DNA of 63,792 nt, filler included, from Craspedostauros australis (Eukaryota), in NCBI GenBank assembly GCA_030167865.1. It is 10 parts of 10 records of this genome, joined end to end, with 100 filler letters (N's around TTAATTAATTAA, not from the genome) between each part and the next. Parts side by side here need not be neighbours in the genome. Positions count along the whole stretch, not along the records: positions 1 to 12,012 come from JALAGF010000601.1; positions 12,113 to 13,288 come from JALAGF010000602.1; positions 13,389 to 20,038 come from JALAGF010000603.1; 7 more parts are not named here. One strand, written 5' to 3'. The notes under the pieces are model-generated. The model ran no database searches, was not told the DNA's origin, and saw only the letters and a list, made by a program, of their open reading frames with translations. Shown here in pieces: positions 10,511-20,138 of the stretch. Position numbers and translations under genes: made by a program. Within the stretch, counting starts at the first letter, position 1; each line of letters starts with the position of its first letter.

Positions 10511-11566
10511 GCCATCGGAGGCAGGCAGCAACAAGCACAACGCCAACACCAAGTAACACATCCAACTAGCAACTACGCAACCACCAACGCAACCGAAGTC
10601 AATTTTTTGTCTTGTGATGAGATATTGGAGCTTGGCCTCCACTATGCAGGCTTCCGTCAGACCAGGATGGCGGAACGAACAAGAAAATCTCGGTTTTCCG
10701 CAATGTATGGCGTGAGCCCAGAGAGCTTCGGCTGTCTCCTTGTTGATTTGTCCAACATCGAGACAGAACACAAAGTGAAACAGCCGCGTCCATACAATGC
10801 ATTTGTTGTGTTGAATTGGCTCAAGGCATACAATACAGAGCATGTCATGGCAGGCCGGTGGGGCTTGGATGAGAAAACCATCCGGTCTCTCGTCTGGTCA
10901 TATCTGCCAGCGATCCAAGCCTTACTCCCGAACAAGGTAAGTTATTGTGCACAACCGAGACCACTTCCCATCATGCTCCATGCTCACAAAGTTGTCTGGT
11001 GCTCCTCGTTTCTTTTGCATTTACTCTCTCAGGTCATCTGGCCTCCACACAATGTTGAACTGTCTACCGATGACAAGCACTTCCTGATCAGTGTTGATGG
11101 GGTCCACATCAAGATCCACGAGCCTCGAACTGATCCTGGAACAAAGTGGTACAGCCACAAGTCCCACTCTGCAGGGCTCACATATGAGCTTGGCATATCA
11201 CTTGCAGACAGCAAGCTTGTTTGGATCAACGGCCCCTTCCCTGCGTCAACATCAGACCTCGTGATGTATCGCAAGTCTGATGGCCTCAAGAGCAAATTGC
11301 CACCAGGAGGAATGGTAATTGCTGATGGCGGATATCGCAATGAGCCCACCATCAGTGCTCCTAATCCACTCGATTCTGCTGCTGTGAAAAAGTTCAAGAA
11401 TCGAGCAAGGGCTCGACACGAGAGTTTTAATGGGAGAATAAAGAACTTCAAGGCGCTGGTGCATGACTATCGGAATGATATTGAGAAGCATCAATGTGTT
11501 TTTGAAGCCTGCTGTGTATTGATTCAATACGAGCTGGACAACGGGCATCCAATATTTGAGATATGA
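9599..11566 (+). CDS. PIF/Harbinger-family DDE transposase (DDE_Tnp_4-like) with N-terminal Gln/Arg/Ser repeats; intron 10937-11032
   Basis: Catalytic motifs ISVDGVH, WYSHKSH...TYELG, VIADGGY, RARARHESFNGRIKNF. A 96-nt in-frame GTAAGT...TCTCAG intron restores LPNK|VIWP. The true start is uncertain, and the frame extends to 9080 across two stops. Confidence 0.85.
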   Translation: MQRRGRLARQPASGGSSNHNKQQADFRIIHQRSRSERQPVRGGAQPTDSPSTQQRSSLDRQPTSRGIGQREEQLANSSIIQQRGTSARQPTSGGSSQRTSQPTDSPGIQRRGRLERQPASGGSSQCNKQQANFPIIQQRSRLERQPARGGAQPTNSTSIQQRSSLDRRPTSRGIGQHKEQLANSSIIQRRSRSVRKHASRGSSHQGAQVTDLPSIQRRGRLARQPASRGAQPTDSPSIQQRSSSDRQPTSREIGQCEEQLANSSIIRRRGTSAKQPTSKGSSHQGAQLADLPSIQQRSRLARQNAIGGRQQQAQRQHQVTHPTSNYATTNATEVNFLSCDEILELGLHYAGFRQTRMAERTRKSRFSAMYGVSPESFGCLLVDLSNIETEHKVKQPRPYNAFVVLNWLKAYNTEHVMAGRWGLDEKTIRSLVWSYLPAIQALLPNKVSYCAQPRPLPIMLHAHKVVWCSSFLLHLLSQVIWPPHNVELSTDDKHFLISVDGVHIKIHEPRTDPGTKWYSHKSHSAGLTYELGISLADSKLVWINGPFPASTSDLVMYRKSDGLKSKLPPGGMVIADGGYRNEPTISAPNPLDSAAVKKFKNRARARHESFNGRIKNFKALVHDYRNDIEKHQCVFEACCVLIQYELDNGHPIFEI

Positions 11567-11628
11567 ATCATTCCTAAATACTATTAGAGCAAGTCATTCC
11601 TGTACTCTTATCTGTCAATATTGCCATC

Positions 11629-12012
11629 TTAGAAGTACTCAGAGAGAGGATCATCGGCGCTGTCATCGAAATCATAGGAATCTGGTGACTGCTCCAGGTC
11701 AGGTCCATCTGCGATCGTTGGCTCGCCATCTGCTGCAGACTTCATCTTCTTTGGGGTGCTTCCGCTGGTCCCAAGTGTTGCGCGCTTCAGGTGATGGCCT
11801 TCGTCGCCCATGACAGCGTCATTTGCATGAACCACGAGGGCAGCAGCATCTGGAGGACCAGCACAAGCAACAACTTCGCGATGGATTGTTGCGCCTGTGG
11901 CCAAGACAAGCAGGTTGGAATCAACAAGGTCCACCGCGGATGATGGGACATCAGGAAAGTTCAACTCATCCAATCCATCCTGACCAGGGAGGGGAACGTC
12001 CAATGCAGACTT
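11629..12012 (-). CDS. Acidic C-terminus of a hypothetical protein convergent with the transposase (possible Harbinger second ORF), 5'-partial
   Basis: The frame is open to the contig end, and its stop lies 62 nt from the transposase stop. No recognisable domain. Confidence 0.4.
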   Translation of the reverse strand, partial: KSALDVPLPGQDGLDELNFPDVPSSAVDLVDSNLLVLATGATIHREVVACAGPPDAAALVVHANDAVMGDEGHHLKRATLGTSGSTPKKMKSAADGEPTIADGPDLEQSPDSYDFDDSADDPLSEYF

Positions 12013-12112
12013 NNNNNNNNNNNNNNNNNNNNNNNNNNNNNNNNNNNNNNNNNNNNTTAATTAATTAANNNNNNNNNNNNNNNNNNNNNNNNNNNNNNNN
12101 NNNNNNNNNNNN
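12013..12112. other. Artificial contig linker; others at 13289, 20039, 21717, 23046, 52866, 57823, 59703 and 61542
   Basis: Identical 100-nt blocks of N-TTAATTAATTAA-N, which put stop codons in all six frames. Confidence 0.97.
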
Positions 12113-12975
12113 CAACGGATTCGTCATGGGAGTGCAGATGCATCCCATCATGCCAGCAGATGACGACAAGGCTTTCACAGCCATAATCAAGAATCCATCC
12201 AGAGAGATCAGCGCGGTGAACCTGCACCGAATGCTCGGCCACGCGCCACTCGAGACCATGAAGCGGACGGCCGCTCAGTATGGATGGAAGATCATCGGCG
12301 AGATGCCGGTATGTCGCGACTGCGCGGTCGCGAACGCAAGAGTGAAGAACATGTCGAAGACGACGATCCCAAGAGCAACTCGCCATGGCGAACGGCTCTT
12401 CATTGACATTAGTTACACTAAACACATAATCTTCGGAGATAACGCTATTGGACCCTGATCGTGGACGACTGCACGGATCACTGCTGGAGTTTCTTCTCAA
12501 GAACAAGAGTGACCAACCAGGATACATCAAACGATTCGTTCAAACGATCAAATCACAGACTGGTGACCAACAGATCATCTTCCGAGGCGACAACAGCGGA
12601 GAGAACAAATCCACGCAGGATACTCTCATCGATGCAGGATTCAACGTGAAATTCGAATTCACAGCATCGAACACACCGCAACAGAACGGCAGAGTAGAAC
12701 GCAAGTTCGCGTACCTCTACACCAAGATCCGTTGCATGCTCAACGGAGCACAACTCGACGAAGAGTAGAGGAATGGCCTGTGGGCAGCAGCTACTAGCAC
12801 TGTCACCGCCATCGCCAACATCACTGTAGCGAAGAACCAGAAAGAGTCGCCACATTGCCAATTCTTTGGCAATGATCCACCATATGCAGACGCACTCCGC
12901 ACATTTGGAGAGGTGGGTGTTGTGAAGACTACCTACAGCGAGATCACCGCCAAACTCAAGAATAGAGGAGAGGAG
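12113..12975 (+). pseudogene. Degenerate copia integrase fragment (HHCC zinc finger + rve core)
   Basis: LHRMLGH...CRDC, ERLFID, FRGDNSGE, TPQQNGRVERKF. Frameshift near 12450 and an in-frame TAG at 12766-12768. Confidence 0.9.
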
Positions 12976-13209
12976 AGGGTTAGGGTTTAACAAAACTGGA
13001 ACTAGCCCCCTATAGTGGTATATCTAGATTCCATCACTGTAGACTGATCTGTGTGGAAACTGTGTTGAAGCATGATCATTGCACTCCTGTGCAACTCGTT
13101 TGGTGGGAGGTACGCTGTTTCGCGTGATATCGTTGGGTCATTGTGTGTTGACTGTTGCATCACGGTCTCATATGTTGCATCACGGTCTCATATGTTGTGG
13201 CTGGTTGTA

Positions 13210-13211
<2 letters not shown>

Positions 13212-13288
<77 letters not shown>
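13212..13288. repeat. (GT)n microsatellite at contig end
   Basis: Uninterrupted GT run up to the N gap. Confidence 0.98.
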
Positions 13289-13388
13289 NNNNNNNNNNNN
13301 NNNNNNNNNNNNNNNNNNNNNNNNNNNNNNNNTTAATTAATTAANNNNNNNNNNNNNNNNNNNNNNNNNNNNNNNNNNNNNNNNNNNN

Positions 13389-13773
13389 GGAGAAGCTTCA
13401 TGGGATGGACAGATGGGGGGTATGCGGAGCTAATGTGGTGCGCAGATTGTGAAAATGCCAGGGATGATAATGGTGATCATGGGTGCTGAAGGGAGGGCAG
13501 CATGGTGCCATCGAGAATTTTTGCCACCCACCACCTGACAGACAGCAAGCCAAAACGACATTAAAAATAAAGTTCATACAAATTTAACTTCGATATTCAG
13601 AATAAACGATAGNNNNNNNNNNNNNNNNNNNNNNNNNNNNNNNNNNNNNNNNNNNNNNTGTTGAGATATAACATCATAAGCAGTTGTTTGGATGGTTTTG
13701 GGTGTGCTCTATTTTAGTCTACTTTATCACGACTCATCACGAGTAAAACTCGAAAAACACTCCACAACTAGTG
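13389..13773 (-). mobile_element. Possible DNA-transposon terminus (reverse complement begins CACTAGT)
   Basis: AT-richer non-coding contig start that ends in actagtg at 13773. Only one end is visible. Confidence 0.25.
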
Positions 13774-14260
13774 CTATCGCGACACCGTTTTACATTGAGT
13801 GCAGGTCGTAATACCATTCCACCAATACTCGCTCCATCAACATGTCGATGTCAGGCCTTTCGTCTTTTTCCGCTTCTTGGGTGTCTCCGTATCTCGGTGC
13901 TTCGATGCCGTTCGATGCCTTTCGATGCATCAGCTTCTCTCCATCTCCATACCATGTTCCTCCAGTATTCCAGTATTCCAGCATTCCAGTCTCCTGGTAT
14001 GTCCTTGTATGTTCTTGTACAGCTATCTACTCGCGCTCACGTGTGTTTATGTTTGTTGATTTGTACCGCGATAGGCCAATCGTTGGCACTTTCGCGATAG
14101 TTCATGTCAGATCTCTTCCATTCAGCAATGTTCATACCCTCTCTGTGTCCATGATCATCATCGTTCTCATAAAAACAACAACCCCAGCACAACTGCAAAC
14201 GCAAACACATCAATACACACACACACAGCCCAACCAAACCAAACAATCGACCACGCAAAC

Positions 14261-15445
14261 ATGAGCGAGGACAACAACCAGGACTGGCGCATCGCCCTCT
14301 TTGGTCCATCCATCCAGCAAAATCAAAGTGAGTGCCATGCTGAGGAATGTCCCATCACTCTCATCCCAACCCAACAGGCATTCGACACAGACCTCTACGA
14401 CTACATCGCCGTATTCATCGGTGCCAACTACTGTCCCCACTGCAAGGAATTCGCACCCACCGTCGTGTCTGCCGCACTCAAGACCCTCCAACCACACAAG
14501 CGATGCAAGGTCATCTTCGTCAGCAACGACCGCGACGGCCATGACAACTTCCGCCAAAGTTGCAACAAGGTGGCCGGGATCGACGTGATGCCGTACGACC
14601 TGGAGAAGACCGCGACCATGAGAGATCTGTTCGGCCTTAAGACCATCCCTGCCCTGATGATCCTCCGGAATCAGGTGGGACCTGAGTTTGGCATGGACGC
14701 CAACGTCAGCTCGGATGACCTGCTGAAGAGCGTGCCAGTGGTGACCAACGCTCGTCACCTCCTGCCCAACGACATCCAATGCGACAACTTCCCATGGGGG
14801 GACAAGGATGCTGCTGGTGGAGCTGGCGTTCACGGTCACACCGGCATGGACAAGGCACAGCCCATGTCCAACATGGACAGATTCATCATCCGTGGCAAGT
14901 ACGGCAACTGGTGGGACCTCGGACACAGCAACGTCAACCCCGACAAGCCGGATGAGATCTACATGGACGAGCACGCGGTGCGCGCCCGAGCTGGTCTCCT
15001 CAACGTCATCACGTGGATCGCCCTGATGAACGTATTCTTCTGGAACGACAAGATCTACGTCCAGGTGCTGTTCCCGCTGGTGGCATGGGAGTTCCTGAGC
15101 AGCATGGTGTTCGGTCTGACGCCGCTGGCACCGATCGGCATCGCTGGCACCCTTCTCTCCATCCTGCTCCATCCCGAGGGACCGTACTGGAAACCGGCCA
15201 GACCAAAGCGCTTTGCTTGGTTGATCGGTCTCACGTTGGCATGCACATGCTTGACGTTGTTCGTGCTCCGCAAGGAGATGGACAAGGACTTGTACAAGCC
15301 TTTGATCGCGAGCGTGGTGCTGACATGCAACGTCGCCACCTGGCTGGAATCGAGCGTCGGTTTCTGTCTGGGATGCTTCATCTACAACACGTACCTGGTG
15401 AATTGGTTCGAAGGGTTGGAGGAGTGCGAGGAGTGTAAGTTGTGA
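14261..15445 (+). CDS. Nucleoredoxin/tryparedoxin-like thioredoxin domain fused to a DUF4395-like membrane domain
   Basis: N-terminal YIAVFIGANYCPHCKEF, VIFVSNDRD, FGLKTIPAL, FPW. C-terminal DEHAVRARAG...PKRFAWLIG...LESSVGFCLGCFIY with several hydrophobic helices. Confidence 0.8.
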   Translation: MSEDNNQDWRIALFGPSIQQNQSECHAEECPITLIPTQQAFDTDLYDYIAVFIGANYCPHCKEFAPTVVSAALKTLQPHKRCKVIFVSNDRDGHDNFRQSCNKVAGIDVMPYDLEKTATMRDLFGLKTIPALMILRNQVGPEFGMDANVSSDDLLKSVPVVTNARHLLPNDIQCDNFPWGDKDAAGGAGVHGHTGMDKAQPMSNMDRFIIRGKYGNWWDLGHSNVNPDKPDEIYMDEHAVRARAGLLNVITWIALMNVFFWNDKIYVQVLFPLVAWEFLSSMVFGLTPLAPIGIAGTLLSILLHPEGPYWKPARPKRFAWLIGLTLACTCLTLFVLRKEMDKDLYKPLIASVVLTCNVATWLESSVGFCLGCFIYNTYLVNWFEGLEECEECKL

Positions 15446-15988
15446 GCAAGACACTATGAATATGTCGTGGTAGTCCCTATTAGAACTCGAACTGAGATGA
15501 GACGAGATGAGGTGTGATACACGTACACTTGCTGAACCCCTCTGGATGTCACAAGAGTGGGATCAGTACCATACTCGTACCATACATAGTCGTAAAGTGA
15601 AGTAACCGAATGAATCACCGTTCTCTACTACACGAAGACCTTCTTCGAGTCGCAATAGTGTTGTCGACGAGTGGTCATCTCTTGCGTATGAATGAACGGA
15701 TGGCTGGTTTCATACTCGTACTTGCCATAGGCAGTTGCAATTCATGTTCCGCACCATGTCATGCGAACGTTCGTCTCTATTTATTCGTATCGTAGTTGTA
15801 TGGCATGGTACACTACTTCTGCGGGGAATCAGCCGACTCTCTACGCTGTGCCATGCGATGATGATGACGGAATGCAAAACTGTCAGCATGTACCCATGTG
15901 GCTCGTACTCTACTCGCATATACGAGTACTACACTTGTGTTCGTGCAAGTATGGCATAGGTCGCACCAATGCGTCTCGCAAACACAAC

Positions 15989-17391
15989 TCAAGCTGCGAA
16001 CGCCGGAGATACTGCCGCGGTATCATTGCAGGTCGAGATGAGGCCTTGCAGCACGCTCGCTTCGCCGCCTTCCATCTCATCGTCGTCTGCCAACAACACC
16101 CGAACCACGTTCCCAACCACGATCGTCGACGGTGCCTGCACATTGTATTCCTTGGCGATAGCACCGATGTTGCTCAGATCACCAACCACCGTTCGTTGCT
16201 CGGGACAGCCGGCTCGTTCGATGATTCCGACTGCTGTGTCTGCTGGGTATCCCGCGAGTCGCTGCAGCCGTTCCGAAAGCTCTGTGAGACGGCCCACGGC
16301 CATGAGGAAGACGATGGTCTGTTCTGGATGGTATTGGATGAGATCAGGCGAGGTTCCTTCCCGTCCGTATCCGGTGCACATGACGACCTGGTTGGCGACA
16401 CCACGGTGGGTGACAGGGATGGAACCCAGCAATGGTGCCGAGAATGCTGCCGAAACGCCCTGCGATGGAGAGCGATCGTGGAATGTGAATATTGGTGGTA
16501 TGGAACAGCACAAAGGAGAACGTTGATGTGAACGTTGATGTGAACGATAATGTGAGCATTGATGAGATTGATGGATGGTGAGTGAATGAATGGCAGTCCA
16601 ACCGCGCTCGACCAACTGGAATACAAGTGGCGAGGCCTTGTGATATCATGCTCGCACATGTGAACACTCACCGGAATGACGCTGGGTTCGATGCCGTAGT
16701 CTCGGAATTGCAACACCTCTTCGCCACCACGGCCAAACACGAACGGATCACCGATCTTCAATCGGATCACTTCCATTCCCTTCTGCAACCCTTCATGCGC
16801 CCACTTGTAGATCTCATTCTGCGCCAGATTCGCACATCCTGGCAATTTCCGCGCGATCTTCTGCTCTGCATCATCCGAAATCAGATCCAGGATCTCCTTG
16901 CTGACCAGTCGATCGCAGATGACGAGCGTGTTGGAAGTTGCCTCGGTGAGCAGCTTGTACGCCGAGACCGTGAGGAGGTTGGGATCGCCTGGTCCCGATC
17001 CCACCATGGTGATGGTGCCTCCATTGGGAAGTTGCTTGATGGGTTTGCTGCGACTTTTGCCCTTGCCCTTGTTATTGGCATTTCCATTGGCATTGCTATT
17101 CAATGATGATTGATACAGCGGTGGCAGCGATGATGGATCTGGAATATCCCATCCATTTTCATCTGCCGTTGCCTTGGCAGCATTCATCGCTGTGCTCGTC
17201 GCACAGTTGTTGTTGATGATGATGCTTCTGGGTTGATCATCGTGTCTGTGATAGCTTGATTGATGGCTTGATTGATGCACGACCATTGGTGACGTGACAA
17301 TGATGAATGCATCCATCGATGGGATTGTGACCATCAGCGGAATCACCAATGGAGCCACCAACGTGGCCAGGTTGGAAGCAATCGATCTCAT
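15989..17391 (-). CDS. UPM1: Uroporphyrinogen-III C-methyltransferase (siroheme synthesis), plastid-targeted; exons 16672-17391 and 15989-16459
   Basis: VGSGPGDPNLLT, VIRLKIGDPFVFGRGGEE, IP|GVSAA joined by a GT-AG intron (16460-16671), PVTHRGVA, TIVVGNVV. Signal peptide followed by MDA-F. Confidence 0.93.
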
Positions 17392-18206
17392 GTTGTTGCG
17401 TTCTCTGCCACTTTTCTGCGTCTCTGGTGTGCGATGTCTCCACTGTCTCCACTACTTCTCTCTATTTCTCTACAGCACGCTGCCTTGTGATGTGCTATGC
17501 CGTTGTCTTCAAATGAGGATGTGATGGAAGATGTCGGACAAGATCGCAAGTTGAGAGATATGTGCGGAGCCCAACAAGTTGGTCGATTGGTTGGTGGCGC
17601 GGAATGGAGTGCGATGGAATGGCGAAAGTGGCTCCGAAGAAGAGATGGAAGAAGAACGAGAATGAAATGAGAACGAAAGGAGGAGGAACAAGAGGAGAGA
17701 GAAGGGAAGAAAAGGGAAGAAAAGGGAGGGAGGGTGGTGATGTGTCGTTCGCTTTCTGCTTCTGTTTGTCTCTGTTTGCTTCTGTTTGCTTCTGTTTTGG
17801 ATGTCTGGTTTGGTGATTGGTTGGTCATGAAGGATGGTTGCGCAGAGAGAGAGAGAGAGAGCTGATGGTGATGTCTCTTGTTCTTGTTCTTGTTCTTCTT
17901 CTCTGCCTCCGACGGAAATTGGTGGATGGAATTGGCGGAAAATCGAAGCGGCAGATGGCGGTTGTTGCACATGACGTCACGAATGAATGTCGTTGTCGTT
18001 CCAGCAATCGACCCAGTTGACCAACCGAACCATCATGAGTGGTTGTTCGCGAGTCGTGTTGGTGGATGATAGTCTCACTACCACCAAAGCCAGTACCCCA
18101 CCACAGTATTCAATTACATCGTAGAATATTCAAATACATGTGGAGTATGATGTTATTGTAGCAACGATCTATGGTGGCGCAGTCTGCTGTTCTGTTCTGC
18201 TCTGCT

Positions 18207-20009
18207 CTACTTCTGTCTCCCCTCCTTCCTCTTCTTCTTCTTCTTCTTCATGCTCTGAAGCAAACCCTCCCATGATGTCACATCCTGGAACAATCGGTCC
18301 AGATCGATGTTGCAGAATTCGCGTCTCTCGTACGCGATGCGCTGAAAGGACGAGCGGTGCATCGCCTCGCCCTCAGGAGATGCGTACCATTCCGGCATCA
18401 GCTTCGCTTCCGTGGCAAGTGATATCGCGAGCAAATACTCCAGATGTCCATCATTGGGACAATTCAACGGAAGATCGGCGATCGTCTTGTTCAGCACGTC
18501 GCGGTGATATCGCACCATCTCATCTACCATTTCGATTCTGGTGCGCTGAGTCTGCGTGTCTGCACTGATGAGACCACGTTCGGCAGCCGCGAAGATGATG
18601 TCGTTGTAGTTGAACCACGCCATGTTGCGCACATTGCGTGCGACGTTGACCGTCTGGTTCCGTAGATGGTGGCAGGAGTTGGGAGCATCGTCGATGAAGT
18701 CGCACATGAGCTGCTGCGTGATGTGCTGCTTGGAATGGAGGTTGAGGGCGTGGACGGCGACGCCACCTTCTCCCCAGTTCTGGACCGTCCCATCCATGTG
18801 GACGTACCTCAGCGTCATGGTCTTGCGATGGCGTGGATGTCCAAAGAAGGGACGGGAGCTCGATCGGATCCATTCGTAGATCAACGGCCAGGTTCGGGGA
18901 TGCGCTTCGCCGCCATCCTTTGGCCATCGGGTGCATTCGTTGTTCTCCTCAGCCGCGCTACCGTTCATCTCCTTCATGGTGCTGAGCATCCATTCGAAGA
19001 CGCGGCGGTACGTGACGACAACGGTCAGATTCCAGCCAGCCAAGAGGTCCCTGATGTTTTCGAAGAAGACGGGGTTGTCGTAGATGCCGCGCCTGAAACG
19101 CTGCAGGTAGGAGTACTTCTCGTCGCTCATGATGGTGGACAGGCCACGCTGCCTCAGTGCATTTAGTAGGTTCTTCATCCTCTTGACGCAATGCGGAATT
19201 GGAATCGGAGGTGGCGATGGTGTGACGGCGTCTGTTGTATTGGTTGCATCTGTTGCATTGGTTACATTGGTTACATTGCCTGCGGATTGCAATTGACGTT
19301 TCTTGTGCAGGTATGCGGTGTAATCGTCATGCATGCACGTCATGTTCCACATGTCATTGAGATATCCCATCCGATTCCCCCTGAATTGCCCGTTCAGATG
19401 GTACCGTCCCCAGTACATGTAGTGATCTTGCCTGAGGATGTTGCTTCTGGACAGATCCGCCAGGCTGGTTTGGATGGTGGTGGTCGCCGTCTTGGATGGT
19501 CCAACATGGATGATGAACCGTGGCATCTTCTTTGCGTGCGTTGTTTGTGCTTTGTTTGGTTTTACTTTTGCGTGTGCTTGCGGTGAAGGTGCGGAAACGG
19601 GGATAGGGACAGATTCTGGTGCTTTCTCAATCTCGGCAGCGCTTGAAGCTGAAGCTGAAGCCGCAGAAGCCACGGTAGCACTCGTGTTGGGCAGCCCCGT
19701 CGTTGATCGATTAAAGCGATTATTGGCACGTTGATATTGATGTTGATGTTGAGACGGATGTGATGGGTGTTGCGTTGGATCGACAGTCTGAGATAGCTTC
19801 CACATGAACATAGCTGAAGTAAGGATCTGAACGATGATGGCGATCACGAACTTCGATGACAGAGAACGCTGTTGTTTGTGTTTGTGTCTGCGTTGTGCTG
19901 TGTTTGGTTTCCGTCCATTCTTCACATTCATCATCCTCTTGGATTGATCATGATGGAGTTTGGTAGCATCATCAGCACTATCATGGCCATCGTTGTCACC
20001 GACGTTCAT
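18207..20009 (-). CDS. Type II membrane protein with a sulfotransferase-like P-loop domain
   Basis: 600-aa ORF with a single N-terminal TM helix (FVIAIIVQILTSAMFMW) and a low-complexity stem. Motifs FIIHVGPSKTATTTIQ, IMSDE, VVVTYRRVFEW. Confidence 0.7.
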   Translation of the reverse strand: MNVGDNDGHDSADDATKLHHDQSKRMMNVKNGRKPNTAQRRHKHKQQRSLSSKFVIAIIVQILTSAMFMWKLSQTVDPTQHPSHPSQHQHQYQRANNRFNRSTTGLPNTSATVASAASASASSAAEIEKAPESVPIPVSAPSPQAHAKVKPNKAQTTHAKKMPRFIIHVGPSKTATTTIQTSLADLSRSNILRQDHYMYWGRYHLNGQFRGNRMGYLNDMWNMTCMHDDYTAYLHKKRQLQSAGNVTNVTNATDATNTTDAVTPSPPPIPIPHCVKRMKNLLNALRQRGLSTIMSDEKYSYLQRFRRGIYDNPVFFENIRDLLAGWNLTVVVTYRRVFEWMLSTMKEMNGSAAEENNECTRWPKDGGEAHPRTWPLIYEWIRSSSRPFFGHPRHRKTMTLRYVHMDGTVQNWGEGGVAVHALNLHSKQHITQQLMCDFIDDAPNSCHHLRNQTVNVARNVRNMAWFNYNDIIFAAAERGLISADTQTQRTRIEMVDEMVRYHRDVLNKTIADLPLNCPNDGHLEYLLAISLATEAKLMPEWYASPEGEAMHRSSFQRIAYERREFCNIDLDRLFQDVTSWEGLLQSMKKKKKKRKEGRQK

Positions 20010-20138
20010 ACTCGCGTGTATGATTGTGCTCGCGGAGTNNNNNNNNNNNNNNNNNNNNNNNNNNNNNNNNNNNNNNNNNNNNTTAATTAATTAANNNNNN
20101 NNNNNNNNNNNNNNNNNNNNNNNNNNNNNNNNNNNNNN

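Larger units (their letters stand above)
8861..12012 (+). mobile_element. PIF/Harbinger-like DNA transposon (right end cut by the contig break)
   Basis: Subterminal repeats, a DDE_Tnp_4-type transposase and a convergent second ORF. The left boundary is approximate, and no TIR pair or TSD can be shown. Confidence 0.75.

Noticed and set aside
12057..12068. Recurrent TTAATTAATTAA motif and ORFs ending in X...LIN
   Set aside because: Synthetic scaffold linker, not biology.
12976..12988. True telomere
   Set aside because: Only about two units, internal to the contig.
13072..13344. Cys/Val-repeat proteins
   Set aside because: Translation of the (GT)n microsatellite.
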